This document shows, piece by piece, positions 52,201 to 64,000 of a stretch of 64,000 bases of DNA. A program made the position numbers and the translations under genes. The stretch is taken from NCBI GenBank assembly GCA_964016885.1, contig OZ024741.1, forward strand, positions 13,640,001 to 13,704,000. The letters are read 5' to 3'. The notes under the pieces are model-generated. The model was not told where the DNA came from. It worked only from the letters and a program-made list of their open reading frames with translations, and did no database searches. Within the stretch, counting starts at the first letter, position 1. Each line of letters starts with the position of its first letter. This DNA comes from Eledone cirrhosa (Eukaryota).

Positions 52201-55200
52201 CACCCAAACCACTAGGCCACGTACCTCCATCACCCAAACCACTAGGCCACGTACCTCCATCACCCATACCATTAGGCCACCTACCTCCATCACCCATACC
52301 ACTACGCCACATACCTCCATCACCCAAACCACTACGCCACCTACCTCCACCCATACCACTACTCCACCTACCTCCATCACCCATACCACTAGGTCTGTAC
52401 CTCCATCACCCAAACAACTACGCCACGTACCTCCATCACCCAAACCACTACGCCACATACCTCCATCACCCATACCACTAGGCCACATACCTCCATCACC
52501 CATAGCACTAGGTCGTGTACCTCCATCACCCAAACCACTACGCCACGTACCTCCATCTCCCAAACCACTAGGCCACCTACCTCCATCACCCAAACCACTA
52601 CGCCACCTACCTCCATCACCCATACCACTAGGCCACGTACCTCCATCACCCATACCACTACGCCACATACCTCCATCACCCAAACCACTTCGCCACCTAC
52701 CTCCATCACCCATACCACTAGGCCACCTACCTCCATCATCCATACCACTAGGCCACGTACCTCCATCACCCATACCACTAGGCCACCTACCTCCATCACC
52801 CATACCACTAGGCCACGTACCTCCATCACTCAAACCACTAGGTCACATATCTCCATCACCCATACCACTAGGTCGTGTACCTCCATCACCCATACCACTA
52901 GGCCACGTACCTCCATCACCCATACCACTAGGCCACGTACCTCCATCACTCAAACCACTAGGTCACGTATCTCCATCACCCATACCACTAGGCCACCTAC
53001 CTCCATCACCCATACCACTAGGTCATGTACCTCCATCACCCAAACCACTAGGCCACGTACCTCCATAACCCAAACCACTATGCCACGTAACTCCATCACC
53101 CAAACCACAAGGCCACGTACCTCCATCACCCATACCACTAGGCCACGTACCTCCATCACCCAAACCACTAGGCCACACACCTCCATCACCCATACCACTA
53201 GGCCACGTACCTCCATCACCCATACCACTACGCCACATACCTCCATCACCCATACAACTAGGTCATGTACCTCCATCACCCATACCACTAGGCCACGTAC
53301 CTCCATCACCCAAACCACTGGGCCACATACCTCCATCACCCAAACCACTAGGCCACGTACCTCCATCACCCATACCACTAGGCCACCTACCTCCATCACC
53401 CATACCACTACGCCACATACCTCCATCACCCAAACCACTACGCCACATACCTCCATCACCCATACCACTAGGTCGTGTACCTCCATCACCCATACCAATA
53501 GGTCATGTACCTCCATCACCCATACCACTAGGCTACGTACCTCCATCACCCATACCACTAGGCTACGTACCTCCATCACCCATAAAACTAGGCTACGTAC
53601 CTCCATCACCCATACCACTAGGCCACGTACCTCCATCACCCATACCACTAGGCTACGTACCTCCATCACCCATACCACTACGCCACGTACCTCCATCACC
53701 CATACCACTAGGCCACGTACCTCCATCACCCATACCACTAGGCCACATACCTCCATCACCCATACCACTAGGCCACGTACCTCCATCACCCAAACCACTA
53801 GGCCACATACCTCCATCACCCAAACCACTAGGCCACGTACCTCCATCACCCATACCATTAGGCCACCTACCTCCATCACCCATACCACTACGCCACATAC
53901 CTCCATCACCCAAACCACTACGCCACCTACCTCCACCCATACCACTACTCCACCTACCTCCATCACCCATACCACTAGGTCTGTACCTCCATCACCCAAA
54001 CAACTACGCCACGTACCTCCATCACCCAAACCACTACGCCACATACCTCCATCACCCATACCACTAGGCCACATACCTCCATCACCCATAGCACTAGGTC
54101 GTGTACCTCCATCACCCAAACCACTACGCCACGTACCTCCATCTCCCAAACCACTAGGCCACCTACCTCCATCACCCAAACCACTACGCCACCTACCTCC
54201 ATCACCCATACCACTAGGCCAGGTACCTCCATCACCCATACCACTACGCCACATACCTCCATCACCCAAACCACTTCGCCACCTACCTCCATCACCCATA
54301 CCACTAGGCCACCTACCTCCATCATCCATACCACTAGGCCACGTACCTCCATCACCCATACCACTAGGCCACCTACCTCCATCACCCATACCACTAGGCC
54401 ACGTACCTCCATCACTCAAACCACTAGGTCACATATCTCCATCACCCATACCACTAGGTCGTGTACCTCCATCACCCATACCACTAGGCCACGTACCTCC
54501 ATCACCCATACCACTAGGCCACGTGCCTCCATCACTCAAACCACTAGGTCACGTATCTCCATCACCCATACCACTAGGCCACCTACCTCCATCACCCATA
54601 CCACTAGGCCATGTACCTCCATCACCCAAACCACTAGGCCACGTACCTCCATAACCCAAACCACTATGCCACGTACCTCCATCACCCAAACCACTAGGCC
54701 ACGTACCTCCATCACCCATACCACTAGGCCACGTACCTCCATCACCCAAACCACTAGGCCACGTACCTCCATCACCCAAACCACTAGGCCACATACCTCC
54801 ATCACCCATACCACTGGGCCACGTACCTCCATCACCCATACCACTACGCCACATACCTCCATCACCCATACAACTAGGTCATGTACCTCCATCACCCATA
54901 CCACTAGGCCACGTATCTCCATCACCCAAACCACTGGGCCACATACCTCCATCACCCAAACCACTAGGCCACGTGCCTCCATCACCCATACCACTAGGCC
55001 ACCTACCTCCATCACCCATACCACTACGCCACATACCTCCATCACCCAAACCACTACGCCACATACCTCCATCACCCAAACCACTATGCCACCTACCTCC
55101 ATCACCCATACCACTAGGCCACGTACCTCCATCACTCAAACCACTAGGTCACGTATCTCCATCACCCATACCACTAGGTCGTGTACCTCCATCACCCATA

Positions 55201-58200
55201 CCACTAGGCCACGTACCTCCATCACCCACACCACTACGCAACACATCTCAATAACCCATACCACTAGGTCATGTACCTCCATCACCCATACCACTAGGCT
55301 ACGTACCTCCATCACCCATACCACTAGGCTACGTACCTCCATCACCCATACCACTTGGCCACGTACCTCCATCACCCTTACCACTAGGCTACGTACCTCC
55401 ATCACCCATACCATTACGCCACGTACCTCCATCACCCATACCACTAGGCCACTTACCTCCATCACCCATACCACTAGGCCACATACCTCCATCACCCATA
55501 CCACTAGGCCACGTACCTCCATCACCCAAACCACTAGGCCACGTACCTCAATCACCCAAACCACTAGGCCACGTACCTCCATCACCCATACCACTAGGCC
55601 ACCTACCTCCATCACCCATACCACTACGCCACATACCTCCATCACCCAAACCACTACGCCACCTACCTCCATCACCCAAACCACTACGCCACCTACCTCC
55701 ATCACCAATACCACTAGGTCGTGTACCTCCATCACCCAAAACACTACGCCACGTACCTCCATCACCCAAACCACTACGCCACATACCTCCATCACCCATA
55801 CCACTAGGCCACATACCTCCATCGCCCATACCACTAGGTCGTGTACCTCCATCACCCAAACCACTACGCCATGTACCTCCATCACCCAAACCACTAGGCC
55901 ACCTACCTCCATCACCCAAACCACTAGGCCACCTACCTCCATCACCCAAACCACTACGCCACCTACCTCCATCACCCATACCACTAGGCCACGTACCTCC
56001 ATCACCCATACCACTACGCCACATACCTCCATCACCCAAACCACTACGCCACCTACCTCCATCACCCATACCACTAGGCCACCTACCTCCATCACCCATA
56101 CCACTAGGCCACGTACCTCCATCACCCAAACCACTAGGCCACGTACCTCCATCACCCATACCACTAGGCCACGTACCTCCATTACCCATACCACTAGGCC
56201 ACGTACCTCCATCACCCATAGCACTAGGCCACCTACCTCCATCACCCATACCACTAGGCCACGTACCTCCATCACCCATACCACTAGGCCACCTACCTCC
56301 ATCACCCATACCACTAGGCCACGTACCTCCATCACTCAAACCACTAGGTCACATATCTCCATCACCCATACCACTAGGTCGTGTACCTCCATCACCCATA
56401 CCACTAGGCCACGTACCTCCATCACCCATACCACTAGGCCACGTACCTCCATCACTCAAACCACTAGGTCACGTATCTCCATCACCTATACCACTAGGCC
56501 ACCTACCTCCATCACCCATACCACTAGGTCATGTACCTCCATCACCCAAACCACTAGGCCACGTACCTCCATAACCCAAACCACTATGCCACGTACCTCC
56601 ATCACCCAAACCACAAGGCCACGTACCTCCATCACCCATACCACTAGGCCACGTACCTCCATCACCCAAACCACTAGGCCACATACCTCCATCACCCTTA
56701 CCACTAGGCCACGTACCTCCATCACCCATACCACTACGCCACATACCTCCATCACCCATACAACTAGGTCATGTACCTCCATCACCCATACCACTAGGCC
56801 ACGTACCTCCATCACCCAAACCACTGGGCCACATACCTCCATCACCCAAACCACTAGGCCACGTACCTCCATCACCCATACCACTAGGCCACCTACCTCC
56901 ATCACCCATACCACTACGCCACATACCTCCATCACCCAAACCACTACGCCACATACCTCCATCACCCATACCACTAGGTCGTGTACCTCCATCACCCATA
57001 CCAATAGGTCATGTACCTCCATCACCCATACCACTAGGCTACGTACCTCCATCACCCATACCACTAGGCTACGTACCTCCATCACCCATAAAACTAGGCT
57101 ACGTACCTCCATCACCCATACCACTAGGCCACGTACCTCCATCACCCATACCACTAGGCTACGTACCTCCATCACCCATACCACTACGCCACGTACCTCC
57201 ATCACCCATACCACTAGGCCACGTACCTCCATCACCCATACCACTAGGCCACATACCTCCATCACCCATACCACTAGGCGACGTACCTCCATCACCCAAA
57301 CCACTAGGCCACGTACTTCCATCACCCAAACCACTAGGCCACGTACCTCCATCACCCATACCATTAGGCCACCTACCTCCATCACCCATACCACTACGCC
57401 ACATACCTCCATCACCCAAACCACTACGCCACCTACCTCCACCCATACCACTACTCCACCTACCTCCATCACCCATACCACTAGGTCTGTACCTCCATCA
57501 CCCAAACAACTACGCCACGTACCTCCATCACCCAAACCACTACGCCACATACCTCCATCACCCATACCACTAGGCCACATACCTCCATCACCCATAGCAC
57601 TAGGTCGTGTACCTCCATCACCCAAACCACTACGCCACGTACCTCCATCTCCCAAACCACTAGGCCACCTACCTCCATCACCCAAACCACTACGCCACCT
57701 ACCTCCATCACCCATACCACTAGGCCACGTACCTCCATCACCCATACCACTACGCCACATACCTCCATCACCCAAACCACTTCGCCACCTACCTCCATCA
57801 CCCATACCACTAGGCCACCTACCTCCATCATCCATACCACTAGGCCACGTACCTCCATCACCCATACCACTAGGCCACCTACCTCCATCACCCATACCAC
57901 TAGGCCACGTACCTCCATCACTCAAACCACTAGGTCACATATCTCCATCACCCATACCACTAGGTCGTGTACCTCCATCACCCATACCACTAGGCCACGT
58001 ACCTCCATCACCCATACCACTAGGCCACGTGCCTCCATCACTCAAACCACTAGGTCACGTATCTCCATCACCCATACCACTAGGCCACCTACCTCCATCA
58101 CCCATACCACTAGGCCATGTACCTCCATCACCCAAACCACTAGGCCACGTACCTCCATAACCCAAACCACTATGCCACGTACCTCCATCACCCAAACCAC

Positions 58201-61200
58201 TAGGCCACGTACCTCCATCACCCATACCACTAGGCCACGTACCTCCATCACCCAAACCACTAGGCCACGTACCTCCATCACCCAAACCACTAGGCCACAT
58301 ACCTCCATCACCCATACCACTAGGCCACGTACCTCCATCACCCATACCACTACGCCACATACCTCCATCACCCATACAACTAGGTCATGTACCTCCATCA
58401 CCCATACCACTAGGCCACGTACCTCCATCACCCAAACCACTGGGCCACATACCTCCATCACCCATACCACTACGCCACATACCTGCATCACCCAAACCAC
58501 TACGCCACATACCTCCATCACCCATACCACTAGGTCGTGTACCTCCATCACCCATACCAATAGGTCATGTACCTCCATCACCCATACCACTAGGCTACGT
58601 ACCTCCATCACCCATACCACTAGGCTACGTACCTCCATCACCCATAAAACTAGGCTACGTACCTCCATCACCCATACCACTAGGCCACGTACCTCCATCA
58701 CCCATACCACTAGGCTACGTACCTCCATCACCCATACCCCTACGCCACGTACCTCCATCACCCATACCACTAGGCCACGTACCTCCATCACCCATACCAC
58801 TAGGCCACATACCTCCATCACCCATACCACTAGGCCACGTACCTCCATCACCCAAACCACTAGGCCACGTACCTCCATCACCCAAACCACTAGGCCACGT
58901 ACCTCCATCACCCATACCATTAGGCCACCTACCTCCATCACCCATACCACTACGCCACATACCTCCATCACCCAAACCACTACGCCACCTACCTCCACCC
59001 ATACCACTACTCCACCTACCTCCATCACCCATACCACTAGGTCTGTACCTCCATCACCCAAACAACTACGCCACGTACCTCCATCACCCAAACCACTACG
59101 CCACATACCTCCATCACCCATACCACTAGTCCACATACCTCCATCACCCATAGCACTAGGTCGTGTACCTCCATCACCCAAACCACTACGCCACGTACCT
59201 CCATCTCCCAAACCACTAGGCCACCTACCTCCATCACCCAAACCACTACGCCACCTACCTCCATCACCCATACCACTAGGCCACGTACCTCCATCACCCA
59301 TACCACTACGCCACATACCTCCATCACCCAAACCACTTCGCCACCTACCTCCATCACCCATACCACTAGGCCACCTACCTCCATCATCCATACCACTATG
59401 CCACGTACCTCCATCACCCATACCACTAGGCCACCTACCTCCATCACCCATACCACTAGGCCACGTACCTCCATCACTCAAACCACTAGGTCACATATCT
59501 CCATCACCCATACCACTAGGTCGTGTACCTCCATCACCCATACCACTAGGCCACGTACCTCCATCACCCATACCACTAGGCCACGTGCCTCCATCACTCA
59601 AACCACTAGGTCACGTATCTCCATCACCCATACCACTAGGCCACCTACCTCCATCACCCATACCACTAGGCCATGTACCTCCATCACCCAAACCACTAGG
59701 CCACGTACCTCCATAACCCAAACCACTATGCCACGTACCTCCATCACCCAAACCACTAGGCCACGTACCTCCATCACCCATACCACTAGGCCACGTACCT
59801 CCATCACCCAAACCACTAGGCCACATACCTCCATCACCCATACCACTAGGCCACGTACCTCCATCACCCATACCACTACGCCACATACCTCCATCACCCA
59901 TACAACTAGGTCATGTACCTCCATCACCCATACCACTAGGCCACGTACCTCCATCACCCAAACCACTGGGCCACATACCTCCATCACCCAAACCACTAGG
60001 CCACGTACCTCCATCACCCATACCACTAGGCCACCTACCTCCATCACCCATACCACTACGCCACATACCTCCATCACCCAAACCACTACCCCACATACCT
60101 CCATCACCCATACCACTAGGTCGTGTACCTCCATCACCCATACCACTAGGTCGTGTACCTCCATCACCCATACCACTAGGCCACGTACCTCCATCACCCA
60201 CACCACTACGCCACATATCTCAATAACCCATACCACTAGGTCATGTACCTCCATCACCCATACCACTAGGCTACGTACCTCCATCACCCATACCACTAGG
60301 CTACGTACCTCCATCACCCATACCACTACGCCACATACCTCCATCACCCAAACCACTACGCCACATACCTCCATCACCCATACCACTAGGTCGTGTACCT
60401 CCATCACCCATACCACTAAGCCACGTACCTCCATCACCCACACCACTACGCAACACATCTCAATAACCCATACCACTAGGTCATGTACCTCCATCACCCA
60501 TACCACTAGGCTACGTACCTCCATCACCCATACCACTAGGCTACGTACCTCCATCACCCATACCACTAGGCCACGTACCTCCATCACCCTTACCACTAGG
60601 CTACGTACCTCCATCACCCATACCACTACGCCACGTACCTCCATCACCCATACCACTAGGCCACTTACCTCCATCACCCATACCACTAGGCCACATACCT
60701 CCATCACTCATACCACTAGGCCACGTACCTCCATCACCCAAACCACTAGGCCACGTACCTCCATCACCCAAACCACTAGGCCACGTACCTCCATCACCCA
60801 TACCACTAGGCCACCTACCTCCATCACCCATACCACTACGCCACATACCTCCATCACCCAAACCACTACGCCACCTACCTCCATCACCCAAATCACTACG
60901 CCACCTACCTTCATCACCAATACCACTAGGTCGTGTACCTCCATCACCCAAACCACTACGCCACGTACCTCCATCACCCAAACCACTACGCCACATACCT
61001 CCATCACCCATACCACTAGGCCACATACCTCCATCACCCATACCACTAGGTCGTGTACCTCCATCACCCAAACCACTACGCCACGTACCTCCATCACCCA
61101 AACCACTAGCCCACCTACCTCCATCACCCAAACCACTACGCCACCTACCTCCATCACCCATACCACTAGGCCACGTACCTCCATCACCCATACCACTACG

Positions 61201-64000
61201 CCACATACCTCCATCACCCAAACCACTACGCCACCTACCTCCATCACCCATACCACTAGGCCACCTACCTCCATCACCCATACCACTAGGCCACGTACCT
61301 CCATCACCCAAACCACTAGGCCACGTACCTCCATCACCCATACCACTAGGCCACGTACCTCCATTACCCATACCACTAGGCCACGTACCTCCATCACCCA
61401 TACCACTAGGCCACCTACCTCCATCACCCATACCACTAGGCCACGTACCTCCATCACCCATACCACTAGGCCACCTACCTCCATCACCCATACCACTAGG
61501 CCACGTACCTCCATCACTCAAACCACTAGGTCACATATCTCCATCACCCATACCACTAGGTCGTGTACCTCCATCACCCAAACCACTAGGCCACGTACCT
61601 CCATAACCCAAACCACTATGCCACGTACCTCCATCACCCAAACCACTAGGCCACGTACCTCCATCACCCATACCACTAGGCCACGTACCTCCATCACCCA
61701 AACCACTAGGCCACATACCTCCATCACCCATACCACTAGGCCACGTACCTCCATCACCCATACCACTACGCCACATACCTCCATCACCCATACAACTAGG
61801 TCATGTACCTCCATCACCCATACCACTAGGCCACGTACCTCCATCACCCAAACCACTAGGCCACATACCTCCATCACCCAAACCACTAGGCCACGTACCT
61901 CCATCACCCATACCACTAGGCCACCTACCTCCATCACCCATACCACTACGCCACATACCTCCATCACCCAAACCACTACGCCACATACCTCCATCACCCA
62001 TACCACTAGGTCGTGTACCTCCATAACCCATACCACTAGGTCATGTACCTCCATCACCCATACCACTAGGCTACGTACCTCCATCACCCATACCACTAGG
62101 CTACGTACCTCCATCACCCATAAAACTAGGCTACGTACCTCCATCACCCATACCACTAGGCCACGTACCTCCATCACCCATACCACTAGGCTACGTACCT
62201 CCATCACCCATACCACTACGCCACGTACCTCCATCACCCATACCACTAGGCCACGTACCTCCATCACCCATACCACTAGGCCACATACCTCCATCACCCA
62301 TACCACTAGGCCACGTACCTCCATCACCCAAACCACTAGGCCACGTACCTCCACCCAAACCACTAGGCCACGTACCTCCATCACCCATACCATTAGGCCA
62401 CCTACCTCCATCACCCATACCACTACGCCACATACCTCCATCACCCAAACCACTACGCCACCTACCTCCACCCATACCACTACGCCACCTACCTCCATCA
62501 CCCATACCACTAGGTCTGTACCTCCATCACCCAAACAACTACGCCACGTACCTCCATCACCCAAACCACTACGCCACATACCTCCATCACCCATACCACT
62601 AGGCCACATACCTCCATCACCCATACCACTAGGTCGTGTACCTCCATCACCCAAACCACTACGCCACGTACCTCCATCTCCCAAACCACTAGGCCACCTA
62701 CCTCCATCACCCAAAACACTACGCCACCTACCTCCATCACCCATACCACTAGGCCACGTACCTCCATCACCCATACCACTACGCCACATACCTCCATCAC
62801 CCAAACCACTTCGCCACCTACCTCCATCACCCATACCACTAGGCCACCTACCTCCATCACACATACCACTAGGCCACGTACCTCCATCACCCATACCACT
62901 ACGCCACATACCTCCATCACCCATACCACTAGCCCACGTACCTCCATCACCCATACCACTACGTCACATACCTCCATCACCCATACCACTAGGCCACGTA
63001 CCTCCATCACCCAAACCACTAGGTCACGTATCTCCATCACCCATACCACTAGGCCACCTACCTCCATCACCCATACCACTAGGCCACGTACCTCCATCAC
63101 CCAAACCACTAGGCCAAGTACCTCCATCACCCAAACCACTAGGCCACGTACCTCCATCACCCATACCACTAGGCCACGTACCTCCATCACCCATACCACT
63201 AGGCCACGTACCTCCATCACTCAAACCACTAGGTCACGTATCTCCATCACCCATACCACTAGGCCACCTACCTCCATCACCCATACCACTACGCCACATA
63301 CCTCCATCACCCAAACCACTACGCCACCTACCTCCATCACCCATACCACTAGGCCACGTACCTCCATCACCCATACCACTAGGCCACGTACCTCCATCAC
63401 CCAAACCACTACGCCACCTACCTCCATCACCCATACCACTAGGCCACGTACCTCCATCACCCAAACCACTGGGCCACATACCTCGATCACCCAAACCACT
63501 AGGCCACGTACCTCCATCACCCATACCACTAGGCCACCTACCTCCATCACCCATACCACTACGCCACATACCTCCATCACCCAAACCACTACGCCACATA
63601 CCTCCATCACCCATACCACTAGGTCGTGTACCTCCATCACCCATACCACTAGGTCATGTACCTCCATCACCCATACCACTAGGCTACGTACCTCCATCAC
63701 CCATACCACTAGGCTACGTACCTCCATCACCCATAAAACTAGGCTACGTACCTCCATCACCCATACCACTAGGCCACGTACCTCCGTCACCCATACCACT
63801 AGGCTACGTACCTCCATCACCCATACCACTACGCCACGTACCTCCATCACCCATACCACTAGGCCACGTACCTCCATCACCCATACCACTAGGCCACATA
63901 CCTCCATCACCCATACCACTAGGCCACGTACCTCCATCACCCAAACCACTAGTCCACGTACCTCCATCACCCAAACCACTAGGCCACGTACCTCCATCAC
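31168..64000. repeat. 30-bp satellite, about 1090 copies in the window, with kb-scale higher-order duplications; continues off the right edge
   Basis: Unit ATCACCCA(T/A)ACCACTA(G/C)GCCAC(G/A/C)TACCTCC. Rare 27-bp (CCTCCACCCA) and 29-bp (GGTCTGTACC) variants recur as markers. Confidence 0.98.

Noticed and set aside
1-64000. Most monomer lengths (51, 33, 36, 30) being multiples of three as evidence of coding selection
   Set aside because: The sample is small, 32-, 46- and 61-bp units also occur, and frameshifting variants are tolerated.

Overview
Eukaryotic, repeat-saturated window with no credible protein-coding gene. The SINE, LINE and microsatellite content resembles an octopus/cephalopod genome (inference from remembered repeat motifs, not a search). 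About 90% is tandem DNA in six arrays: 51-bp (1-1530), degenerate (GGT)n (1838-5934), 46-bp (5935-6403), 33/32-bp (9142-16090), 36-bp (19110-30468) and 30-bp (31168 to past the window end). All giant ORFs are by-products of these repeats. The spacers hold tRNA-derived SINEs, a CR1-type LINE 3' fragment and fold-back elements. Three observations stand out. (1) The >32-kb 30-bp satellite appears to be a tandem amplification of the 5' head (Pol III A box) of a tRNA-derived SINE and is still joined to that SINE's body. (2) Three palindromic elements sit in (TA)n at 6.6-7.55 kb: one carries a complete minimal hammerhead-ribozyme fold with a compensatory U3-A8 core in each arm, and two carry only the 3' half of a hammerhead, a Penelope-like signature. 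(3) A 61-bp minisatellite is forming inside the LINE ORF2. Together these suggest a locus where retroelement pieces turn into satellites.
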